From assembly GCF_003918875.1 (NCBI RefSeq), contig NW_025766103.1, positions 930,001 through 994,000 of the forward strand: a stretch of 64,000 nt of DNA, given 5' to 3'. Origin of the DNA: Haliotis rubra. Its lineage: Eukaryota. The position numbers and the translations under genes were made by a program. Each line of letters opens with the position of its first letter. Position 1 is the stretch's first letter. Under the pieces are notes generated by a model that was not told where the DNA came from, made no database searches, and was given only the letters and a program-made list of their open reading frames with translations. Of the stretch, positions 52,781-64,000 are shown in pieces.

Positions 52781-55548
52781 GCTATATTGATCTAATTACG
52801 AAAAAACACTACAGATTTGCCAAGTGAAAAGCTGAAGTTTATATCAGTGCACACAGCGTAGTAATGTACAAATTATTCTTACTAATTCCAGTAGTTCTGT
52901 TCTGTTTTTGCGATGGCTTCATTAGGTCTTTTATGTCCTTGTAGGAAGCTGGAAGATGTGGGTATATAACGAATGAACGCATCCGAGATTGAACTATAAT
53001 ATCGGACATATAGACTTCATGCAGTACTGAAATACATCCACGAATAGAGGTACGTGCAGTTCTGCGTGTCCTTATTTTGAAGCAGCGAGACCTTTTTTTC
53101 ATTTCCATTCATCTTCCGTGGATCTAACCTCTAAGGTACCTAACCACTGATGCCACAATACTGGCAATTGGTAGGTCTGAAGTTGGTATAAATGCATTAT
53201 TCTTACATGATTTGTTTTGTATAAGTACTGTAAGTCCCCATGGTCCCTAGTTTGGTGATCTACCTTCAGTTGTTGGCGATCTTTAGCCAGTTTTTATATT
53301 GTATTGTCCAAATAGTGCTATTAGTTTTAGTTTTCCACACTAGGTTTAGTTGAAATTGTGATATTCTAGTTGTTTTACTGTCCTTCGTCGACAGGTTTTT
53401 ATAGCATACATCTATTCCATTTCGGTGTCACATGTGTTCTCGTCACGATATGGCTGAAATATTGCCGATGTGACGTTAAATAATAACTCACTCACTCATG
53501 ATTTGTTTTGTATGTTGAAAGTAAATAATGAACAAAATACATTTATGTAACACTTACGTTGTATGCATGCATAAGACTTTTTACCTTGCAAACCGGTTAC
53601 AGCTCTCGAGGCTTTCAATGTAAAAAATTAAGGTGCATTTCATAGGTCTCGGTTAAGCAATATTACCTTGGAGAGTTGAAGATCACGTCTGCCTTTTTCC
53701 GAAAATATATAATGTGTCATGGAGGAGATTTTCAGGTTTTGGAAATCTCATCAGACATAAGCTTCCTGAAGCGTTCGGCAACATAGCCTATGACACTGTC
53801 TGCGACCAACATGACCCTTTCAGTAGCCTTTTACGGCGTTTTGTATTGCAGGTGACATATTGATAACGGAAGTGATGGGAGACGGCTTTGAAGAACATCA
53901 AGTAAACGACCCCATCATTGGTATTAAGTAACTATGCAGAAATTAACACTACAAAGCACCCACTTGCTAGGTGTCTCCATTAATGCAAGCAAATTGAGGC
54001 AATTATATCATTCGTCCGTCCCCAGACAGCATAGAGTTCTTTTGTGATGTATACAAGGGAAATCGAATTTGTCAGACATTATGAGGTCCAATTTCAGGGT
54101 TGGACATACTGTCCTACTGTGTCTGCCCGTCTCCTTGTATGCGCCCATGTGGCTTCTTAGTGTCCATGGGGCGGATAGTGAAAGGAGCTTTTATATTGCC
54201 GTGCTGCAGAAAAGTTCTTGGTATGATAGTCATTAACAAAGTAGTTGTGAGGAAATTAATATACTCATTTTCTGATGAGACTTTGTCGTCCAAGAATGCT
54301 GTGATAATTTACAGTGATTTGTGTTGCATGCTGTCTGTTTAATTGTGGTCACTTCGGATTGTCTGGCTTCACATCGTTGTACCCTACTGTTTGTATATGT
54401 CAAATTTTACATCAGCTTGACTAATATACCTGCAATATCAAGTCGGGGGAATCACAAGCTGGCCTGCGCTGCATGATGTCTGTTTAACCGTGGTCACCTA
54501 CCTACCTACCCACAGACACACCAACCTACATAACTACCTACCTACCTACCCAAACACCTACATACCTACCTACCCAAACACCTACCTACCTACCTATCCA
54601 CAGACACACCAACGTACCTACCTACCTACCCAAACACCTACCTACCTACCTTTCCAAACACCTTAATCAATAAGTTGCGCTAAGTACCAATACAGCTACG
54701 AATGCCACATACAAATCTATCTCTGTGAATCTCTCTCAATGAAACAATTTTGTTTGTTTGGTATGATTCTTATTTCCCAGACCTATCTGTTTTTAGAAAT
54801 TGACATGAGGCAAATTGAATGTGTGAGACATTAAGAGAGCCAATTTCAGGGTAAGACTCTTGTCTCTGTAGTCGACGACGGCACAGGCCGTAAAACGTGT
54901 TTCATTGCCTTCTTTCAGGTCAGTAAGTAATCGTCGTGTAAATGTATTCACAGTCGTCGTCAGACTTTATGACCAAATTACATGAACTGTTTGAAGACAC
55001 ATATTCTGTAAAGAATTAACGATTCATAGGTTTATCTACGTGTGAGCTGTATGTGTTCATGTTGCCCACGAAAACACATCAAACTGCCATATAGAATGTA
55101 TTTAAAGTAGTTTGTGATGTACCTTTTTTAACGCACACAAATAAACACTGAAATGGAGCTATCATCACTGAGAATGAAGGTGCAAGGGACTCTTGGCACT
55201 GAGATAAATTAATGTTAAAGGCTTTTCATGCTTTAAAGTATGTACATTACATCTTGATTGATATAGCTGGAATATTGCGGAGTGCGGCGTTAAACAATAA
55301 CCAAACATATTGACTCTTCTGGAAATACGACTAATACTATTACGACTTCGCTGAAATACAGGTGATAGGCATTTGTCTGTTTCGTTTTAAATTGGTTCAA
55401 TGATTAGTCGCTTCTCAACGGTTATTCTCCGTTAAACAGCTCCTTACAGATGTAAAGGAGATGAAAAATAACATAAATCGATTGCAATTTCAATGTGAGT
55501 CGGCAGAAAACTTACATTAACTTGAATTGTACCCTCTTTAAACAATTC

Positions 55549-55978
55549 GTACATAAGTCCCAATGCATTCCCAGCAAATGTAAACCTACTACTATTTTTA
55601 ATCGTAGTATATGTGTTATTTTAATCTATGGCTAGATTTATCTAAATTGCTAGCGGCTGAAGGGATGGTGTAAATCCAGCTAGGGTCCGTGCAGGTAGCA
55701 AGAGTACTGTAAGTCCCCACGGTCCCTGGCATGGTGATCTAACTTCAGTTGTTGGCAATACATAGCCTGTTTTATATATTGTGTTGTCCTCTATAGTAAA
55801 AGTATTTTAGTGTTATATACTAGTTTTAGATTGAAATGTGTGATATACTAGTTGTTTTACTGTCCTTTGCTGACAGGTTTTATAATTTACCTTTATTCAT
55901 TGTAAAAATATAACTCGTTAAGTCACGATATGGCTGAAATATTGCCGATGTGACTTAAAATCTTAACTCACTCACTCA
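55549..55978 (+). mobile_element. I-group LINE 3'UTR fragment; degraded duplicate at about 37351-37770
   Basis: TSD CTCTTTAAACAATTC at 55534-55548 and 55979-55993; empty site in unit 1 near 8741. Confidence 0.9.
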
Positions 55979-58900
55979 CTCTTTAAACAATTCCTTGCAG
56001 ATGTCTTTAAAAAGAGAACATAATATATATATATATATATTTTTTTTCGTTGGCATAATACGTACATTAACGTGAACAAATTCTCTTTGGTAAGAAAACA
56101 CAAGAGAAATGTACAAACATTACATTATAAGCTATTCATTCATTTATGCCTTTGTTGTAGCGCAGCTGGGTTGAAATGTGAATTCTACGTTTGTGGCTCG
56201 GTGAGGTACAACATCTTCTGTGGCAAGCTGTATGATGTATATACATCTTGCTTTGTTAATGAAAGTTCCCGTACGTCTTTTCATAAGCTTTATACCGAAA
56301 CCATTATATGAACGTATGAGCAGGCACTCATTCAGATGAATTCGAATGTGTATCCGATTCAGCTTAAGGACACAATACCTCTACCGAGGACTTACAACAG
56401 ACATAATAGTATTACTTAAACCATCATCTTGGATGACCTAACGAACATCTATTTTGGTTAGGTGATAGTTTTCATCCCCTAGCACTGACGCCGAGTTATC
56501 ACATTGTAGTTGTGTTTCCTATAAATACATTGGTTCACTCATACTGAAAACCCATTATGAATTATCGACAACTGGACAAGGGACATGACAAGACACGACA
56601 CATTGGTGCTGTTATGTGTGCTGTGCTTTGTTCTGTGTTGACTAGATCCGGGTTAGAACTGATCTTTAGTAACTCATGCTTGTCGTAAGACGCGACAATC
56701 GAGATAGGGTGGTAAGGCTCGCTCACTGGGCTGACACATGTCATCGTATCCCAACTGCGTAGATCGATGTTCATGCTGTTGATCCCTGGATTGTCTGGTC
56801 CAGACTCGATTATTTACAGACCGCCACCATATAGCTGGAATATTGCTGAGTGCGGCGTAAAATTAAACTCACTCACTGCATAGTCCATCCAATCATCCGG
56901 AAGTCCACTATGACAACACCATCCATGCGTGAGGAGGCCCCAAACGATACGGTTCTACACAAACGCTTAATGAAGAGTTATACACACAGAAAAGTGACTT
57001 ATCGTTGGAGTTGCACTATATGTTAGATGTCATTAATAATTTCTCTCTGCAGGCACTCATTTGTTTTGTTTATATTTGATAAGAAATAAAACCACGAAGA
57101 AGTGAGTGAATGGATATTGCTTAACGCGCATCAGCAAGAAAATGTAATATGTTTTAAGCTGAAAAATATTAAAATAATGTTGAAAATCAGTCCTATACCA
57201 CATTGAAGGGTAAAATAACTTATTTACGATTTAAAATTCTATATTTTTTTCATACAGTTTTATTTCTTTTAAATATTCTAAAATCAAGTAATTGGAAACA
57301 TTTCTCCATGAACAAGGTATGAGGACAAATATTTAAAAGATGTACATCCTATTTCAGGAAAACAAATGTGCTTGACCTCAACCGTAACCTATAACAGCTA
57401 TTATGTCATATTAATGTAATCTTACACTGATGGGGGTCTTCCTGGCACGTCTTTTTAACTCACCTAGTCTGTAATTTGTGTCGCTAAATGTGTCAGAAAT
57501 AGCTTCCTCCTAATGATGGACATATGTTGTTGATACGAAATTTATGCTTACCGATGCAAAGGTTATACTATGTATTAAGGATACCTACATTTATATTGGA
57601 ACTAAGCATATGTAATGTTTTCCATAATGCTTATCGTAACCTGAAAAAAAATGTGATAATGGTTGCTAGACATGTTTAGTTATACACGACACAAAATTTG
57701 TGTTAAAACTCACCACTATTCACAAAGGGCTCACATTTTTAGTTGCCAGTATAATGTTACTAGTCTTAGACTAGTCTTGTTAGATTTGCCCTTGATGAAA
57801 GAATATCATCGGTTCCAATATTCTTGCCATATGTGAGGAAAGCATTGATGAACGTATCGGTCATGTCCATGACACATGAAAACGAAGATATGTGTTCATG
57901 TTGTATGAAATGCACAAACACTACACGTATAGAGCAAGTCTGAACTCAACGTTTGCTGTTCACAATAACACAATGTGTATTCAGCAAACATTGGTTGAAG
58001 ATTATTGAGGCTATAATGTAACCCCAGGGATATCTAGCTTTTTAATCAAATGAGCTCTTTTTGAAAAAGTAGTTCAAAGTCAGATGCTGGGGATTCCTGA
58101 ATAAACAGGCAATGAAAGGATCTGTTGCTGTCAAACCAATATGTTAAGGTAGTCACGACCACAGGATAGCCATCCATAGAGAATCGATTGAAATAACAAA
58201 TGCCTCAAGGCAAATGCTAGCACTTAATTTTATGAAGCTACACAATGTGCTACCTTTCGGTTTGCCATGAACGAGTTCAAACGAAATGAATATGCTAAAC
58301 GTTGTTACACCTCGTACAACTTATGTAAAATGTTCTGATGGAGCAGATGTTTGATAAAAAATGGGCCTCTTTCAGAAATTGAGTAGCCTGGGGCATAGTG
58401 TGCCTCATCTGTTGTAAAGGAAAACATTTCTGTGTCCCCTCATAGTTTTACATTTGGGTGATCTCTTACAAAGATGTGAAATAACCTGTGTATATTGATG
58501 ACGGATGTTGAGCATTGTCCTCATCCTTGGTCTGAAGTTACAATGCAGAAGTTATATTAACGCGTTGATGGCTTGAGGCTTAAGGTCTTGGTATCCATTC
58601 TGGAACTTTTCAGTACCTTTTTTTGGACAGATCCGAATGCATTCACTTTTGGCGTTTAGCCGCCGTTTGAAGGTACTAGAATACCATGTTGTCCAAGAGC
58701 TCTATGTAATGTTTTCTATTGTCATCATGCCATCGAGGTGCTCAACTTAAATACTACACAGATATAACCGGCGTAGTCTTGACGTCTGTTCAGCTTAACG
58801 AAATATTCACCTCCATTAAAATTGAGGAGTGAAATAGATGGGGTGTCTTCTCTGAGCTTTCAGTCTTTTAGAAGCCAAACAGGATCATCTAACTTCCATC

Positions 58901-61900
58901 TGTCATTTCCGTAGATTGTTTCCCTAACACAACGTCTATGGTCGCCTTCTAGAATAATTGCTCCAGTATTATCTGCCAAACCCTGCATTAAGCAACACAA
59001 TAATGCTAATAGATTCAGACCAAATCCAAATAATTTGGAGACAAGTAGAAAATGAGTAGAACTGTCAACTTTGGGGTAACTTTCGAAATAATATAGTTTG
59101 ATTTTTTTTTTGAATTTTTTTTTTGTTTTTGGGGTGGGTGGGGGTTGTTGTTGTTGGTTGCCTCTTGTTGAAGAACACATCATTGCATAGTAAGGACGAC
59201 AGGAGTTTCGTGAAAATGTATTGCCACTGAAATGTATAACTTACCGGATCCATGTCGAGGTGGGTCTAATACATTAGCAGTTATATACGAACAAAAAACA
59301 AAACTTAATAACTTTTGTTCATCCATTTCGCTGGCTAACACATATGTAATGCAATGAAATAAGGAGTTTGATAATTATGTTATATATATATATATTTGGT
59401 GGGTGTGATAAGGGCTGCAAAGTCACAGGTAAACACGACAAATCGCTCCTCCCGAGAAAGGAATACTACTATTTGAGGCAATTAAAACGGTCTTCACTTC
59501 CCCTGACGCCAGTCTGTCCATTTGTCACTGGTGTCAGGCAAATTAAATTTGTGAGACGTTGAGAGAGCCAAGTTAGGTGTGACATGTGTCTCTTTGACAC
59601 ACAATCATATAGATTCCATCTAACTGCGAGCACAGACCATAGAAGGTGGGTTTATTGACGAAAGATTGGAAGGTCGAGAAGCTGTTATATTTGTGACTTA
59701 ATTTGAGAACAATGCAATCTTCCGATGACGTTAATACAATCATAGATGAACTGTTGATAAATATATATCATTGATTCCAGAATATTTAGATTATACATTT
59801 ATAATAGGGAGGCTTCAGCAGTTTCGAACAGTTTCGAAACACGACGTCATGCAAGCAGGCACATCACTCATCCTGACCAACCCATCAGTTTAACTAACTG
59901 CCAGTGACTACGGAGGTGTGGAATGTCCCTGGCGTTAAGGTCATGGCACCATAATGGAAAAGTACCGCACATCATGTTAATAATTGTCATATTTAGTGCC
60001 CTGAATATCCATCATTATAGCATAAGTATAGCAAATAGGCGCTTGATGGGGTATCCTGATTGAAGGGCAACCCTAATATTAAATTTCAAGACATGGGAAT
60101 ATATGTGACTGATTGTATCTGTCTGAATTATCTGATTAGCTGCCTTTTTGTACAATGACAAGTGTAGACAATTATTATTGAAAATAATTGATAAGCATTC
60201 TGTCTGTAAAAGCTGTGACGACGTGAGCGTACCAATCCAACCATTGTCGAAGTCGTTACTCAAAACGAATGGCTTGTCAGTTAGCAGGCTGAAATATCTG
60301 TTGAACGATATTTTGAAAGGAGACATTAATCCATTTACCAAGAAAACATATGGTGCTACAACTACAACACAATGGAACCTAATGGTTAACTTTATAAAGA
60401 TGAATCGACTAATTGCCGTCACCGTTTGGGAATGAGTACATTTGTCACGATATGTAAAATGTGCCTAATGTCACATATTGACGGATTCCTGGACTATATA
60501 GGTTTCGAACAGCAGTTATTGACAAAAATACGAAATGGTCTGAATAAAGCTGAAGTCAAAGGAAACAGCTGTTCTCACTTACGTTTACATTACCTATAAG
60601 TAGCTATATCGCAGTTCCTGAGAATCAATGACATTACAAATTTCTGTTCACATGGTGATTGTATCGTATACAGAGGAATGATTTGCATTTAAAGGATTCT
60701 GAGAAATGGGTTAAAGAACGGGACCAGTTCGGCAATGTAAGCGTTTACAGATGGTTTTCTTATTTAGGCCACATTGGTGTAATCTCATCAACTACCTAAC
60801 GACAGAATCTTACGGTAACCAAAATAGAAACTTCGATCGCAGCAGCAGATCCAGTGAAATGTTGAAAAGAAATCCCAACCACTTGGTATCACAGAATTGT
60901 CAGCTGATGTGATTTCTAGCAATTTCTGTCATATAAGTCTGTGACAGCTGCCACGACAACTGCCATACATGAAGTTTGTCGGTCAGTTGATACATGCTGT
61001 GGTGAATAATATTAGCAATTAACAAGTCCCCAAGGTCCCTGGTATAGTGGTCGACCGTCAGTGTTTAGAAAGTGTTGCTGTGTATGAAAATATCCTTTCA
61101 TGGTTACATGCTATATTTAAATGTAAATCAGTGATAGTTTGTGATTTTACTGAGCTTTGTTGACAGGAATTTATATAGAAGTTATTCTCCTTCGCTTTGT
61201 TGGTTCTTCTATAACTTTTTGTGAGCACGATATGGCCGAAATACTCCCAGTATGATTTTACGTTTACACCCACTCAATTAGATACCATGTGCCCAAAGAA
61301 ATGCAAAAGCAGTCTGTGTTTTTAAAACCGCTTGGAATTTGTGTTACCTTTTGACAAAGTGGTCAAAGTATGGTCAATCTATTCTACACTTCGTGCAATT
61401 CCAACTGCATGTATACTCGAAGAAACTATATAGCTACACTAAAAAGGTACACCTGGTCCCCTTTATATTCAACCTGTTGAAATAGCTCTATAACCTTTGA
61501 CAGGCATTTAGAACACGGTAGATTAAAACACGACCAGACATTGCGACAATTGTGGATAATAACTTATTGAATATGTCTCTCTCTCTCTCTCAAATCGAAG
61601 CTATCTGCAACTATTCGTGCATAGTAACGATCCTAAAGATAAAAGCATGTATAAAAGACAGTAAACAGTATAGTTAGTGATCATGTTTACTGCACTGGGG
61701 CACAAGTATCACATATGATGTCTCCTCATGCATCTGTTTACTCAGCAATTCTACACGGTAGGATGAGATTTTAATGTGAGTGTTAAATTGCCTCATATTC
61801 TCCTCCAGGTATTTCAAACAAAAAAATAATTAACAAAATTTAGTTCCCTTTTTCGGTATTTATTAAAACCGATATTTCTATAAGGCTGTAAAAATACAAT

Positions 61901-64000
61901 CATCTCAGGTTCTGCTTTGCAGAAAAGGTTACCTGATGTACCAAGCCCCAGAATAGTCATGTTGCGTTGATACGATAAATTAAACTTTAATAAATGAAAT
62001 GCACAAAGTAAACCTTAAATAATTAATTGATTCTGGTCTCATAAAAATCCATGCTCAGAATAAGACCACAAATAGACTACATATCCTTAGTTAGAGAACC
62101 CTTTTGAATAAGAATGAGGTTGAAAATATCTAATTAATGATGAAGCTTTCTCCCCAGCATATCAACACGTTCATGGCTTCCTGTCAAATAGGGCATTTGA
62201 AGAAAATGAAATCGAAGACAGTTGCATTTGCAGATAAATGAAACACATGATGCTAAAAAAAATACAGCTGTCCGATCGGTAGATTGAAAGGAAATGACTC
62301 AAAGATGTCAGCTGAAAAGCGATCGATGGGCATAACAAATGTATTAACGTAAAGGCACGTGATAACGTCACTCCATGAAGCAGCTTAACCATTACACTCG
62401 AGATTCCAGTATCATATTTTATAAAAAGAAATCTTACACCAGCGTTTGTATCAATACACATGAAGGTTTGGGTGATATGCAATGCAACGTGCGTAACCAC
62501 TTTGAGAAAACCGTTATTGTTTGTATGTATTGCATCGTACATGATCAATATATGTCACATCAATGATATTGTAGAACTGTTACTGTATTTCGAATCACTA
62601 TTTTAAAAGGACTGTATTACACGAGGATGGATGAAATTGATGTTTCTTGAAGAATGATTTAAATGATCAGCGATGTCACGATTCTGCAAATAATATCACG
62701 AAGGGATCACTCTCTAGGCTTCTCCATTACAGAACTAATTTTAGGCAATTAATTCTTGTTTCTCGTCCCCTCACGGCAGTGATTCCTTTTGTGATGTATG
62801 GAAGGCAAATTGAATTTGTCAGACCATAAGAGGTTCAATTACAGAGTTGCAATACTGTCCCGCAGTTTCCTTAATGTCTCTTCTGTACACGCATATATGG
62901 TTCCCAAATACGCACGGAACAGACAGCAAGAGGTGTTTTTATTGACGTGGTGCAAAAAGCGCTCGTGGACAATCAGCCAATAACCAAATAGTTCTTGGGA
63001 TAGATACTCTGATTTTCAAGTTGTAGACTCTGTAGCTTTAATGTCACCAGGCGGGAAAATTAGCTATGTTTAGAGCGAATGTTCTTTCACAGCTCCGTCA
63101 GGAAAATCACAGACATATCATGGCAGTGTGTATATTACTGTGTTAGACAAATGACTGAGCACTACACAAGACATTGGGGACCCATGAAACAGAACCAGTA
63201 GCCGTTTACGACCAACAGTAGCAAGATAATAATCATCTCTTACCTTGGATATCTCTGAGTACCTCATGGAGTATCTACACTTGGCTTCGTTCTTGGCTGT
63301 GTTATAATAAAGTTCTTATGTACAACGTGTGGGAATATGAAAGGGAGTGACCTTTCTCTACACCGTCTGTTCTCATGTGCAGAGTTTCTGAAGTAAGTGG
63401 GTGATATGTCTCTAGCCCGTCGAGCGCTGTGAATTCTTAAATGGGAATGGTGTAGTACCTCTCCAGTATTTCTTATTTTTAACTCTCGGGCATTACTGAA
63501 GTTGACACATCAGCTGTCATCATATAGTGTCATACTATGTCTTGAATCATGGAGTGACTGACTATATCACCTTATAAATGTAGCTTTGTTGCCCTTTTCA
63601 ACAAATAACTGATGGAGAGGAAGAAGTTGCTATAAGCTACCAATACACGTCTTTCACATAGGGCGTTGGATAAAATGTCTTCACACTCCTGGTTAAGGTC
63701 ACGGATCAAGGTCAAATGAAGGGATCTTGTTGGTACCATCAGAAGGCGATCAGTAACGAGGATAGATTGCTGGTGAGATGATTGCCGTCTGTTGTAGCTG
63801 GATTTAATCGTGATGGCAGGGTGATGGTCTGGCCAGGAATGTAAATACACAAACATCAGAAATTAAACCTGTAAGACAGAGAATCTGATTATCAGCCTCT
63901 GACCTGTCTACGAAGTCACTATGTTAACTGTCGATTGGAATAATTGCGCTCTGATGCGTCATTCCTTCCCATCAGTCCTTAACTACATGAATTTACAAAT

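Larger units (their letters stand above)
51774..64000 (+). repeat. Segmental duplication unit 3 (truncated by window end)
   Basis: Colinear with 33587-46300 and with 5324-23880 minus insertions. Confidence 0.95.

Overview
Eukaryotic, repeat-dense, AT-rich DNA; the repeat families look molluscan (gastropod/abalone-like), which is an inference from the SINE families and (CTCA)n tails. I see no intact host gene. The backbone is a three-copy tandem segmental duplication (units start near 5324, 33587 and 51774, the last cut by the window end) carrying decayed, unassignable coding-like paralogs. Each copy is peppered with its own insertions: I-group (Nimb/I-like) LINE pieces, three SINE families sharing the LINE 3' tail, an internally deleted Academ transposon, a 5'-truncated RT-encoding LINE, a foldback MITE, a piggyBac-like remnant and a 54-bp minisatellite. 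The strongest finding is a minimal (59-nt, P4-less) HDV-like ribozyme fold at the exact 5' end of the I-group LINE (1832-1890, minus). A second copy heads a TSD-flanked 931-bp internally deleted derivative (12799-13729) whose 5' junction coincides with the predicted cleavage site. The same LINE family has a TAATG ORF1/ORF2 stop-start overlap and a covarying 3'UTR stem, and one SINE head looks like this ribozyme minus its catalytic core. All folds and alignments were done by eye; ribozyme activity is untested.
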